A stretch of DNA of 64,000 bases from an uncultured Gammaproteobacteria bacterium (GCA_964474445.1 CAYYSJ010000002.1:53610-117609), one strand, 5' to 3'. Shown: positions 19,608 through 28,920, counted from the first letter of the stretch. Notes: generated from the letters alone by a model not told the origin. A program made the numbers and translations.

Positions 19608-19745
19608 AAAAAAACCTCTCTTTCGAGAGGTACATGTTTGTTCTACATCTGGAACCACATTTTCCTCTCGGATTCTGGGCACCGTGTCAATAAGGTCGGT
19701 TGCCGGATAGGTCTGGCCTATCTCTCTGAATGTTCTAGGATAAAG
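19608..19745 (-). ncRNA. S-box/SAM-I-like riboswitch leader with an intrinsic terminator upstream of metK
   Basis: The minus-strand RNA contains a hairpin GATAGG-CCAGA-CCTATC, then GGCAACC..(14 nt)..GGUGCC, then AAUCC and GAGAGG. The terminator is CCUCUC-GAAA-GAGAGG + U7 (plus coordinates 19608..19630). The aptamer GAGAGG can pair alternatively with the terminator strand CCUCUC. Confidence 0.5.
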
Positions 19746-19840
19746 TAAAGCAGAAATGTAAAAAGATTGCAAGAGACTAAATGAAAAATACTAAATGTGT
19801 TTCAGGTGTTAGGGAGTCGTATGCTTCACCAAAAAATATT

Positions 19841-20137
19841 CTACTCCTGCTTAGTTTTTCTTCCTCTGAGAATATCAGCAAACTTATCAAGAGCACTACT
19901 CGCTGCCGCAGCTCCCAAATCAGATGCTGCTTCTTTTGGGTGTTTTATAAAAGTACGTAGATCATCAAGCCTCTCTTCAATTTTCTTTTGGATAGCAACA
20001 AATTTCTTCCATATATAAATAAGGAGAACAACGATGGCAATCAGAAGAATTGTATACAACGTCATGCAAATAATTCCAACAATATAAAATGTGTTTGCAA
20101 GATTCATACTACATTTTTTTAGCAAGAAGGTATGCAA
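19841..20137 (-). CDS. Small membrane protein (hypothetical)
   Basis: One TM helix (FYIVGIICMTLYTILLIAIVVLLIYIW) and a charged C-terminal tail. Confidence 0.3.
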   Translation of the reverse strand: MHTFLLKKCSMNLANTFYIVGIICMTLYTILLIAIVVLLIYIWKKFVAIQKKIEERLDDLRTFIKHPKEAASDLGAAAASSALDKFADILRGRKTKQE

Positions 20138-20193
20138 ACGGATTGAAAAGAAAGTAAGAATAACGGAAGAAGGTAGTCTGCTATAATAATTTT

Positions 20194-21174
20194 ATGGAAA
20201 TTTTAGATAAGATCTATGGAGCAATTGAGGTGACAGAACCGGTGATTGTTGATATTATTCATTCCAAACCTATGCAGCGATTGAAAAATATCAACCAGTA
20301 TGGTGTAACCGTATATCTTCAACCACTGTTTAGGACAACAACTCGGTACGACCATAGTATTGGAGCATGGTATCTTTCGAAAAAATATGGACGGTCAATG
20401 GAAGAACAAATCGCTTCACTTCTGCACGATATTCCCCATACAGCTTTTTCACACGTGGCAGACTTTGTTATGCAGGATGCGAATCACGAATACCATGATA
20501 AATTTCTTGAGAAAGTACTTATGCATTCTGAAATTCCTGAGATACTACAAAATCACAACATAAATGTTAAAGAAGTGCTCAAAAAAGAAAACTACCCACT
20601 TCTTGATAACAGATTACCTGATATTTCTGTTGATAGGTGGGATTATTTTTTGAGAGATGGTTATACATTTGGCATTATCCCAAAAGAAGTAGTCACGTTA
20701 CTTTTTCATAGCCTTAAAGAGAGAGGTAACGTGTTTTATTTTGAAGACACAAAAGTAGCAACACTTGCGGCAGTTCTTTTTCTCAATTGTTCTCGGCTTA
20801 TTTGGCTTGATCCGACTTCACATGGTGCTTTTTTCCTTCTCTCTGAGGCAATAAAGATTGCTATGAAAGAACGTTTACTTGCAGAAGAGGATTTATTTGG
20901 AGTTGATGATGAAATCATGAATAAACTAACGAGTTTTGGTAATCAAGAAATTGATACATTGCTTGGGCATCTTCACTCAGGTAAGCAATTTCACTATGCC
21001 TCAAAGAACGAGGCAGAATTTTATGGCCCCAACAAGCCTCGGTTTATTGATCCATTTGTAAAGGTGAGTGATGAACTAAAAAGAGTGAGTGATGTAGTGC
21101 CTGGTATGAATGAGTATTTCCAAGAGTTCGTCACGAATCATACCACTCTTGGTGTTAGCCAGAATAAGGAGTAG
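20194..21174 (+). CDS. HD-domain phosphohydrolase
   Basis: H..(28)..LLHDIPHTAFSH motif. 326 aa. YhaM/dGTPase-like HD superfamily. Confidence 0.65.
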   Translation: MEILDKIYGAIEVTEPVIVDIIHSKPMQRLKNINQYGVTVYLQPLFRTTTRYDHSIGAWYLSKKYGRSMEEQIASLLHDIPHTAFSHVADFVMQDANHEYHDKFLEKVLMHSEIPEILQNHNINVKEVLKKENYPLLDNRLPDISVDRWDYFLRDGYTFGIIPKEVVTLLFHSLKERGNVFYFEDTKVATLAAVLFLNCSRLIWLDPTSHGAFFLLSEAIKIAMKERLLAEEDLFGVDDEIMNKLTSFGNQEIDTLLGHLHSGKQFHYASKNEAEFYGPNKPRFIDPFVKVSDELKRVSDVVPGMNEYFQEFVTNHTTLGVSQNKE

Positions 21175-21183
21175 AATACATGT

Positions 21184-21651
21184 ATGAAACTGACTGTTGG
21201 GCAAATTGCTCCAGAATTTTCTCTCCCTGATCAAAATGGTGAAATGCATTCTTTATCAGATTATAGAGGAAAGTGGGTTCTTGTCTATTTCTATCCAAAA
21301 GACGACACACCTGGATGTACAACGGAAGCATGTAGCTTTCGTGATAACCTGCCGCACTTTACCAGTCAAAGAGCTATTGTTTTAGGCGTTAGTGCAGATA
21401 CGGTAAAAAGTCATAAAAAATTCACAGAAAAATATACACTTCCATTCACATTACTTGCAGATGAAGAGAAAAAAGTGGTCAAAGATTACGATGTCTGGCA
21501 TGTGAAGAAATTTATGGGGAAAGAATTTTTTGGAATACTAAGAACATCTTTTCTCATAAATCCAGAAGGGAAAATTATAAAAATTTATGAAGGGGTAAAA
21601 CCAGCAGAACATGCGCAGCAAGTCCTCCAAGATTTAACAGCCCTCACATAA
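21184..21651 (+). CDS. bcp: Thiol peroxidase Bcp (peroxiredoxin)
   Basis: YFYPKDDTPGCTTEACSFRD peroxidatic-Cys motif. 155 aa. Confidence 0.85.
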   Translation: MKLTVGQIAPEFSLPDQNGEMHSLSDYRGKWVLVYFYPKDDTPGCTTEACSFRDNLPHFTSQRAIVLGVSADTVKSHKKFTEKYTLPFTLLADEEKKVVKDYDVWHVKKFMGKEFFGILRTSFLINPEGKIIKIYEGVKPAEHAQQVLQDLTALT

Positions 21652-21660
21652 AAGATCTTC

Positions 21661-21691
21661 TTGACTCTTACGTTTCGTCATAGTTTATACT
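21661..21691 (+). promoter_or_regulatory. MerR-type promoter with a 19-nt spacer (TTGACT-19-TATACT) abutting the regulator start codon
   Basis: -35 at 21661..21666 and -10 at 21686..21691. Over-long 19-bp spacers are characteristic of MerR-family controlled promoters. This implies leaderless or second-ATG (21698) initiation. Confidence 0.45.
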
Positions 21692-22459
21692 ATGGCTATG
21701 AAATATACAGTACATGAATTGGCACAATTTTCTGGTATGAGTATTCGTACCCTTCATTATTATGACGAAATTGGACTTCTTAGACCAGAAAGTATAGGCA
21801 AAAATGGCTATCGATATTATGGCGAAAAGGAGATGGTACAACTCCAACAAATTCTTTTTTATAAAGAATTAGACTTTTCTTTGGATGAGATACAAAGATT
21901 GGTAAATGATCTGAATTTTGATATTGAACAAGCATTGCAAGATCATAAAAAGTTACTAATTGCAAAGAAAAAACGTATTGATAGTTTACTGATAACTATA
22001 GATAAAACAGTAAAACATTTGAAAGGAGGTGAAAGAATGACTAACGATGACTTATATCAAGGTTTTTCTGATGAAGAGCTGAATAAATTACAAGAAGAAG
22101 CTAAAGAACGTTGGGGTCATACTGATGCATATAAACAGTCTATAGAAAGAACCAAAGGTTGGACAAAGACTGATTATGATAGAACAGCAAAAAAGCAAAC
22201 TGATATTACAAAAGATCTTGCCGATCTTATGAAAAAAGGAGTTAGTCTGGAGAGCCCAGAGGTTCAGGCGGTTGTTGAAAGACATTATCAATACATTAAC
22301 CAGTTCTATGATGCATCAAATGCAATGTATCGGAATTTAGGAGAAATGTACGTTATAGATCTACGGTTTACTGCATACTATGATAAATTTGCACATGGTC
22401 TTGCAGTATTTATGAGAGACGCCATTGCTTATTACTGTAAGAATCATGGAGAAAAATAA
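21692..22459 (+). CDS. MerR-family transcriptional regulator with a TipAS/Mta-like C-terminal effector domain
   Basis: MKYTVHELAQFSGMSIRTLHYYDEIGLLRPESIGKNGYRYYGEKEMVQLQQILFYKELDFSLDEIQ is a MerR HTH plus coiled-coil. The C-terminal about 140 aa are TipAS-like. Confidence 0.8.
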   Translation: MAMKYTVHELAQFSGMSIRTLHYYDEIGLLRPESIGKNGYRYYGEKEMVQLQQILFYKELDFSLDEIQRLVNDLNFDIEQALQDHKKLLIAKKKRIDSLLITIDKTVKHLKGGERMTNDDLYQGFSDEELNKLQEEAKERWGHTDAYKQSIERTKGWTKTDYDRTAKKQTDITKDLADLMKKGVSLESPEVQAVVERHYQYINQFYDASNAMYRNLGEMYVIDLRFTAYYDKFAHGLAVFMRDAIAYYCKNHGEK

Positions 22460-22575
22460 AGAGGAGGCAGTGGTACCCTGCCTCTCTTATTATTAATAGA
22501 AAAGGAGTTAAAAAATTTGAATTTTATAACGTTATTTGCTAGTATCAACCTGGCTCTCGTAGAGAGAGTTTTTTT

Positions 22576-23382
22576 ATGAAAGCACTTGTTATCAATAATA
22601 CCTTTGAAGATAAAAAGAAAAGTCAGCTGCGAAATTCTATCTATCGAAAGCAAAAAATTCTGGAAGAATGGACAGAAAAAGTAGAAGAACTGCGTATGGA
22701 ACTTGAGCTCATTAAACATGAGTATCATGTGAGAGTTGGAGGGTTATTGTTAAAAGATAATCAACTTGATCTAGAAATACTACAGCTGAAAAATCTAAAA
22801 GAAAAAATGGCACAAGGTATGAGTTATGGTGAAGCTATAAAAGAAGATGAAGACGCATTCTATAATGAAATTCTCCGAATGCAAAAAGAACAAGAAACAA
22901 TTGAAGAGGAAAAAGAAATGCTGCAGAAAAGAGAAATAGTTGATAGTACTGTTGCAGAAGAAGTGAAATCGCTCTGGAAAAAACTTATCAGAAAATTTCA
23001 TCCAGATTTAGTTACAGATACTGATGAAAAACTTCGAAGAGAAGAGATTATGAAAAAGATAAATTTAGCATACACTCATTATGATATAGAAACTCTTAAG
23101 GCATTTGAAAACAATGTGGACATTGAAGATATAGCTCAATCAACTGTAGAAAGGCTCGAAGTTATTCTTATAGAAATTGAGAATAATGTAGAAGATTTGA
23201 GACTAGAATGGCTTGAGCTAAAAAATTCAATATGGTATTCATGGAAAATAAAAAAACAAAAAACCGCGAAACAAGAGGATGTTTTTGCTGATCTTGAAAA
23301 AACACTCTTGGATGATGTTGTAAAGAAGATAAAAATTCTTCAAGAGCTCCGTCGAGAAGTTATTCCAGATTACCCAATGTAA
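22576..23382 (+). CDS. Coiled-coil protein with an internal J-domain (HPD motif)
   Basis: LWKKLIRKFHPDLVTDTDEKLRREEIMKKINLAYTHY is J-domain helices II-III with HPD. The rest is a charged coiled-coil. Confidence 0.55.
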   Translation: MKALVINNTFEDKKKSQLRNSIYRKQKILEEWTEKVEELRMELELIKHEYHVRVGGLLLKDNQLDLEILQLKNLKEKMAQGMSYGEAIKEDEDAFYNEILRMQKEQETIEEEKEMLQKREIVDSTVAEEVKSLWKKLIRKFHPDLVTDTDEKLRREEIMKKINLAYTHYDIETLKAFENNVDIEDIAQSTVERLEVILIEIENNVEDLRLEWLELKNSIWYSWKIKKQKTAKQEDVFADLEKTLLDDVVKKIKILQELRREVIPDYPM

Positions 23383-23477
23383 ATAGTAAAAGAATGCCTG
23401 TGCCTTTATCGCTAATCACGCAATGGATTTAGAGGAATAGACAAAAAAACTACAATAAGTCTCATCTGTTTGTTATC

Positions 23478-23506
23478 AACTTTTCACCAGAATTTTACCT
23501 TGCAAG
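23478..23506 (+). promoter_or_regulatory. Sigma70-like promoter TTGCAA-17-TATAGT upstream of hsp20
   Basis: cTTGCAAgtacattattgTATAGTatgg immediately upstream of the Hsp20 start. Confidence 0.4.
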
Positions 23507-23513
23507 TACATTA

Positions 23514-23978
23514 TTGTATAGTATGGCAGTTATCAGATGGAATCCATGGAGCATAGAAAATTTCTTTGACGATGAGGGATTAGATATGCCAACAATACCA
23601 GGACTTTCTAGACTGGGACAAGGATTGAATTTGTATGAAACAAATGATGGAGTGTTTGCTGAGGTTGCATTGCCTGGTGTTTCTTCTGACAAGATTGATA
23701 TAACAGTTGAGGATGGATTAGTTCGAATAACAGGTGAACAAGAACAGAAAAGAGAAAAAAAAGAGAACACACGTTACTTTATGAATTCACTTTCTGCTTC
23801 ATATAATTATGCATTCCGATTGCCAAAAGATGTTGATCAAAATGCAGAGCCCGAGGCAACATGGGATAATGGCATTCTCCGGTTAATGTTCACCAAAGTG
23901 CAAAAAACACAGCCTAAAAGAATTTCAGTAAAAACGAAAGAAAAGGAAAATAAAAGTAAAGAGAAGGAGATAAAGTGA
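23514..23978 (+). CDS. Small heat shock protein (Hsp20/alpha-crystallin family)
   Basis: Alpha-crystallin domain: YETNDGVFAEVALPGVSSDKIDITVEDGLVRITGE...ASYNYAFRLP..ATWDNGILRLMF. Confidence 0.85.
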   Translation: MYSMAVIRWNPWSIENFFDDEGLDMPTIPGLSRLGQGLNLYETNDGVFAEVALPGVSSDKIDITVEDGLVRITGEQEQKREKKENTRYFMNSLSASYNYAFRLPKDVDQNAEPEATWDNGILRLMFTKVQKTQPKRISVKTKEKENKSKEKEIK

Positions 23979-24102
23979 ATGTCACAAGGACATCTAAATC
24001 CTATTCAAGTCCAAAAAAACATGTAAGGGAATAGATTATACCTGTTCCTTACTAACCTCATTCTTGACAAGATTTTTTTATCCATAGATACTACTAATAC
24101 CT

Positions 24103-24486
24103 ATGGATTTTAATTCTCAACAGATACAAGAGATAAATGATATACAGGCAATAGAAAAGCAAATTGCTTCAGATGAACAGCCTCATATATTGACCGAAAA
24201 CGTTGAAGTAGATAGATCAACGCTGAAAAATTTACTTGCATCATTTGGGATTATTGTCGTTGGAGGAGCAGCAATACTCCTTATTTTTATTTCGTTTCCC
24301 TCTGTAAAGAAAAAATTAGCTACAGTTCCTTCTCCTAAGACGGTTGATACCACAATGACAATTCCAATAGCATCTGATTCTGCTATTACGGTTCAAACAG
24401 AATATACAAATCCTTTTGACGCAAAAACCCAATATGAAAATCCCTTCTTAGCATCCAGAAATCCATTTGACAATATAACACAATGA
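24103..24486 (+). CDS. Hypothetical single-pass membrane protein
   Basis: One TM helix (FGIIVVGGAAILLIFISF). Overlaps the downstream gene start by 4 nt. Confidence 0.35.
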   Translation: MDFNSQQIQEINDIQAIEKQIASDEQPHILTENVEVDRSTLKNLLASFGIIVVGGAAILLIFISFPSVKKKLATVPSPKTVDTTMTIPIASDSAITVQTEYTNPFDAKTQYENPFLASRNPFDNITQ

Positions 24487-25622
24487 AACAAATAGGAAGT
24501 ATTCTCAGTATCACAATAGCTTTTTTTGCTCTGTCGTTATTTCAGGTTTTTGCACAGACTCCAACAACTGTGGAACAACAAGTATCGAGTCAATACAATA
24601 TAACATTTCCAATTGTGGAATTAGGGAATTGCACAGATCTTTCAAGTTGTAAAGCGTATTGTAATGATTCATCTCATCAACAAGCTTGCGTCGACTTTGC
24701 TAAGAAAAAAGGATTTTATAAGGAGACAACACTTGATACACAGAAAACAACAGTTTTACAATCTGCTAAAACAGATTTAGGATGCGATTCTGAAGAGACA
24801 TGTAGACAAGCATGTGAAAAAAAAGAAAATTTTGAGAAATGTGCTCAGTTTGCAAAAAGATTTAATTTAAAGGGAGGCCAGCCTAGCAACACGTCGGATA
24901 CTACTATTTTGCAAAGAGCAAAAACCATGTTGGGATGTACATCTGTCGACTCATGTAAATTGTTTTGTCAGCAAGGCGAAAATCAACAAAAATGTTCGAA
25001 TTTCGCAAAACAGGTAGGGTTAAGGGGTGGAACAACACAAGTTGGTCCTGGTGGATGTTCCTCTATTGACTCATGCAGAGCATACTGCATTGATCCAAGT
25101 CATTCTCAAATTTGTAGGCAATTTGCTCCTAAGAGTGGGAATCCCTCAGGTGAACTAAGACCACAGGTGAAAGGGCCTGGAGGTTGTATGAGCGAAGAGT
25201 CATGCAGAGCATATTGTGCTAATCACCCAGAAGCTTGTCATCACGGAGATAACAGTGTCCCAAGCAATATAATGTCACCATCTCCATACCATTCTCAGAT
25301 AGTACCATCCTCTTCAAATCAGTCAGATGATTGTAAAATGTATCCTGATCATTGTCATATACAAACACCTCAAGGTGCTATTACTAATAATCCACCTGTT
25401 CATGTCGATGACCCTGCATCAAATTGCGCAAGAAATAATTGTATTTGGACAGGAGGCACCTGCGTTTGTCCAAGTAAACAGCCAATAGAATCTGGTAGCC
25501 CAATTCCAGCACAACCTTCAACACCTGTCGTTTCACCTTTTCCTACAGTGCAACAAGTGCATGCAGCAGCAACCCACAAAAATATTATGCAGTGGTTATG
25601 GGATTATTTTTTCCTCAAATAA
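24483..25622 (+). CDS. Secreted cysteine-rich tandem-repeat protein (five C-x5-C-x3-C-x7-C modules)
   Basis: Signal peptide MKQIGSILSITIAFFALSLFQVFAQT. Five repeats of about 45 aa follow, e.g. GCDSEETCRQACEKKENFEKCAQFAKRF, GCTSVDSCKLFCQQGENQQKCSNFAKQV, GCSSIDSCRAYCIDPSHSQICRQFAPKS. There are extra Cys and His in the C-terminal 100 aa. Confidence 0.55.
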   Translation: MKQIGSILSITIAFFALSLFQVFAQTPTTVEQQVSSQYNITFPIVELGNCTDLSSCKAYCNDSSHQQACVDFAKKKGFYKETTLDTQKTTVLQSAKTDLGCDSEETCRQACEKKENFEKCAQFAKRFNLKGGQPSNTSDTTILQRAKTMLGCTSVDSCKLFCQQGENQQKCSNFAKQVGLRGGTTQVGPGGCSSIDSCRAYCIDPSHSQICRQFAPKSGNPSGELRPQVKGPGGCMSEESCRAYCANHPEACHHGDNSVPSNIMSPSPYHSQIVPSSSNQSDDCKMYPDHCHIQTPQGAITNNPPVHVDDPASNCARNNCIWTGGTCVCPSKQPIESGSPIPAQPSTPVVSPFPTVQQVHAAATHKNIMQWLWDYFFLK

Positions 25623-25624
25623 AG

Positions 25625-25957
25625 TTATTTAATTTCCAGAAGTTCTATATCAAAAACAAGAGTTGCAAAGCCAGGGATATCTCCAGCACCGTATTTACCG
25701 TATCCATATTGATAAGGGATCGTTAATTTCCTTTTTCCTCCCACTCTCATGCCAGGAATTCCTACATCCCATCCCCTTATCACATATCCCGCGCCTATTT
25801 GGACTTCAAATGGCTCTTTTCTATCATACGAGCTATCAAATTGTTTGCCATCAGGGAAGTATCCTTTATAGTGAACGATAATAGTATCTCCTTCTTTTAC
25901 TTCTTGTCCTGTGCCTTTTGTAAGATCTTCAATATGTAATTTTTCTTCACTGTCCAT
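25625..25957 (-). CDS. FKBP-type peptidyl-prolyl cis-trans isomerase
   Basis: 110 aa. GDTIIVHYKGYFPDGKQFDSSYDRKEPFEVQIGAGYVIRGWDVGIPGMRVGGKRKLTIP is the canonical FKBP fold. Confidence 0.85.
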   Translation of the reverse strand: MDSEEKLHIEDLTKGTGQEVKEGDTIIVHYKGYFPDGKQFDSSYDRKEPFEVQIGAGYVIRGWDVGIPGMRVGGKRKLTIPYQYGYGKYGAGDIPGFATLVFDIELLEIK

Positions 25958-26029
25958 ATTACAAGTATAGCAAAAAGAGGAAGATAAAACAGAGGATTTT
26001 TAGCTTGACAACTCTGCTATACTGAATAT

Positions 26030-26443
26030 ATGGATATTACGAAAAAAGATGAGACAAACTCATTAAAAAATAAAGGGGAGGATTTTTGGAAAAAGAAATT
26101 AACTCCGGAGCAATATCATGTACTGCGGGAAAAAGGAACAGAAACACCATTTTCAGGGAAGTTTTATAAAAATTTTGAGAAAGGAATGTATGTTTGTGCT
26201 GCTTGTGGACAAGAACTATTTTCTTCAGACACGAAATTTGATAGCGATTGTGGTTGGCCAAGTTTTGATAAATCACTGGCAGGAAATGTTCAGTTGCGTG
26301 ATGATTATTCTTTTGGTATGCATCGTATTGAGGTAACCTGCAGTAAATGTGGGTCTCATTTGGGACACGTATTTGATGATGGTCCTACAGAAACAGGAAA
26401 GAGATTTTGCATTAACTCCGTCTCTTTAGATTTTAAAAAATAA
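26030..26443 (+). CDS. msrB: Peptide-methionine (R)-S-oxide reductase MsrB
   Basis: [24 protein letters not shown]...[16 protein letters not shown] SelR signature with two CxxC pairs. Confidence 0.9.
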   Translation: MDITKKDETNSLKNKGEDFWKKKLTPEQYHVLREKGTETPFSGKFYKNFEKGMYVCAACGQELFSSDTKFDSDCGWPSFDKSLAGNVQLRDDYSFGMHRIEVTCSKCGSHLGHVFDDGPTETGKRFCINSVSLDFKK

Positions 26444-26447
26444 TTCA

Positions 26448-27323
26448 ATGATAGGCATTGCTAGTTTTTTGCTTCTTGTTCTCGTGTCTATTATTTTTGG
26501 TTATTCTTGGTATAGACTTCATAAAGAAGTGCATATCCATGTACCTGGATATAAAGATACTCCTAAAAATAATGGTCTAGACTACAGAGAATTTACTGTT
26601 ACAACACGTGACAATGTAAAAATTTCAGGATGGTATATTCCCATTTCTTCGCCAAAAGCATTTGTTATCTTACTTCATGGAAGACTAACAAAGGATGGTG
26701 GGAGAGCAATGATGCTTTCTCATGCACAGTATTTGTATGCTCATGGATATGCAACATTGCTTTTTGATATGCGGGGAGTTGGAGAAAGTGAAGGGAATAC
26801 TATTACATTAGGAGTTGACGAATGGAAAGACGTTGAGGCGATCTACACATATGTTAAGAATTTACCTGAAGCAAAAAATAAAAAAGTTGGATTTTTAGGT
26901 ATTTCTATGGGGGCGGTAGTTGGTATTATTGCAGCAGGTAAAGAAAAAATTGGCGATTTTTACATTGGATCTGTTCCGTATAAAAGTTATGTCAGTCTAT
27001 TCTCCCAACAAGTCAAACGGGAGCATGTATTTCCTCGGACTATTTTCTCTTGGGCCCTTGCTGTTGCCGCACTGTTTGAACTGGGGCCATTGTATTACTT
27101 ATATAATCCTATTCGTTTGATTAAACGTATACACGCTCCTATACTTCTCATTAGTGCGAAAGATGACGATATGATCAACCCGAAAGATCCATGGGATCTC
27201 TACCAACAAGCAAATAAACCTAAAGAATTTTGGGAAGCGGACAGCAATCATCATGTTCATGGATCACTAAAAGAAGACTTTGAATCAAGAGTACTAAACT
27301 TTTTACAAGTTTACGCACAATAA
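26448..27323 (+). CDS. Alpha/beta-hydrolase with an N-terminal TM anchor
   Basis: N-terminal TM helix. Nucleophile elbow GISMGAVVG. LLHG.. and the DMRGVGESEG region. Confidence 0.6.
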   Translation: MIGIASFLLLVLVSIIFGYSWYRLHKEVHIHVPGYKDTPKNNGLDYREFTVTTRDNVKISGWYIPISSPKAFVILLHGRLTKDGGRAMMLSHAQYLYAHGYATLLFDMRGVGESEGNTITLGVDEWKDVEAIYTYVKNLPEAKNKKVGFLGISMGAVVGIIAAGKEKIGDFYIGSVPYKSYVSLFSQQVKREHVFPRTIFSWALAVAALFELGPLYYLYNPIRLIKRIHAPILLISAKDDDMINPKDPWDLYQQANKPKEFWEADSNHHVHGSLKEDFESRVLNFLQVYAQ

Positions 27324-27329
27324 GAAGCA

Positions 27330-27956
27330 CTATTTCTTTTCAAGAACATTTACAGTAAGTTCGTTATTGTGATAGTCAAATACAATATCAATTGGTTTAT
27401 CTTTGTTATTTTTAACATATAAATTTTGCAATGCATTGTTATTTGTTTGGCCAGGCATAAAGTAAATTGCGGTACCAAATTCTCTTGGAATTTCTGGGAT
27501 GACAGCGAAATCGTGATTAGTTGGAGAAACAACTTGTAACCCTGCTTTGAAAGCTGCTTCATGGATAAGAGAAGCTAAGTGACAGACTCCATCTGCAACC
27601 AGATAACCGTCTGATTTAAATCCTTCACTTGCCCCAAAATGAGCATTCGTTGTTTTTACAATTTTGCCCGCAAACTCTGGAAGAATGTCTTCATGGAATG
27701 CAAATACCTCACCAGGCTTAAGCGTAAATGAATAGGTGAATGGTTGCTCAACAATATTCCAGTTTGGATTATTTGTTATCGTCATACCACGCATGTATGC
27801 AAGCGTAAGGAGGATGTTATCTTTAAAAACATCATTCACAAACGTATTTGCATATCGTTTTTCAAGAGAAAACGCCTGGCTTCCCAACACAGATGGTGGT
27901 TGGGACATGCTTACTGCTGTAAACATACCGAGCGCAAAAAGTAAATTTAATAGCAT
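27330..27956 (-). CDS. VanW-like domain secreted protein
   Basis: Signal peptide. The segment DGVCHLASLIHEAAFKAGLQVV resembles the VanW core motif GGGVCQVSSTLYNAALLAGL. Weak. Confidence 0.4.
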   Translation of the reverse strand: MLLNLLFALGMFTAVSMSQPPSVLGSQAFSLEKRYANTFVNDVFKDNILLTLAYMRGMTITNNPNWNIVEQPFTYSFTLKPGEVFAFHEDILPEFAGKIVKTTNAHFGASEGFKSDGYLVADGVCHLASLIHEAAFKAGLQVVSPTNHDFAVIPEIPREFGTAIYFMPGQTNNNALQNLYVKNNKDKPIDIVFDYHNNELTVNVLEKK

Positions 27957-28145
27957 ATAGTATTCTTCAGTTCAATCCATATCTCTCTATAAGATTGTTT
28001 TAAGGCTGATTTTTATGGAGAGAATGAGGAAATTGAAGCTGAAGTGTTGGTGATTGTATCAAACTACAGGACAAAAGTCAAGCTTTAAGCATAGTGAGGG
28101 CTTATGCATTTTGGGAGGAAATAGGGACAAATATGGTAGGAAAAA

Positions 28146-28571
28146 CTATCTATCTTTTCGTCGAAATACGAATTTCAGTGCTGACCAATTTTCATTTACT
28201 GATACAACTTTTATGTCAACGAAATCTTGTGAGAGACCTATTCCTCGAACAATGTTTTCATTAACATTTGATCGTATATCACAATGTCCTTTTGGCCAAC
28301 TAATCCATATCATCCCCTGCACTTTTACTAGCTGTTTGAGATAAGGAAATAGTTCTTGGAGTCGTTCTTGAGATTGTATAAAAGCTTGAATAAGATCGTA
28401 CTCTCTTTGAGATGGAAGATCTTCATAATTGCAAGAGTCAATGGTCACTGTTTCAGGGAGATCGTAGAAGAGCTGTTGATATTCTTTCGGCTCATGAACA
28501 AGTAATACGTTCATGCCATGTTTTATTCCTAATTTTTGTACTAATGTACGGGAAGCATAACTTTTTTCCAT
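28146..28571 (-). CDS. Hypothetical protein (DUF3052-like)
   Basis: 141 aa soluble protein. The N-terminal LVQKLGIKHGMNVLLV resembles the DUF3052 family. Confidence 0.35.
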   Translation of the reverse strand: MEKSYASRTLVQKLGIKHGMNVLLVHEPKEYQQLFYDLPETVTIDSCNYEDLPSQREYDLIQAFIQSQERLQELFPYLKQLVKVQGMIWISWPKGHCDIRSNVNENIVRGIGLSQDFVDIKVVSVNENWSALKFVFRRKDR

Positions 28572-28592
28572 TGGATATAGTATACTTTAGGT

Positions 28593-28853
28593 ATGGAAAA
28601 GAAGCGATATTGGTTTCTTGCAAAAAAATTTGGACTAGGCTGGAGTCCAGCAACATGGGAGGGGTGGGTTATTACTCTTGTTTACATCTACGCACTTACC
28701 GTAGATATCATTGCACTCGTTCACAGCAGTGGCTATGCTTTTTTGAGATATTTGCTCAATGCATTGTTTCTTACCCTGTTTTATATTGCGGTCTGTTACG
28801 TCACAGGTGAAAAAATTACCTGGCGTTTTGGAAAGAAAAGAAAGTCGTTGTAA
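28593..28853 (+). CDS. Small membrane protein (hypothetical)
   Basis: Two TM helices, 86 aa. Confidence 0.3.
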   Translation: MEKKRYWFLAKKFGLGWSPATWEGWVITLVYIYALTVDIIALVHSSGYAFLRYLLNALFLTLFYIAVCYVTGEKITWRFGKKRKSL

Positions 28854-28920
28854 GAAAAATACAGCTAATTTTCTATCTTAGTTCTATCTTCTAGAAACGA
28901 CTTGACGAGAAAGCAATAAG

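Noticed and set aside
20194-21174. HD-domain protein considered as part of a defense system
   Set aside because: No partner nuclease, ATPase, Cas or cyclase genes are adjacent. It is flanked by a small membrane protein and bcp. A housekeeping (d)NTP/oligonucleotide phosphohydrolase is more likely.
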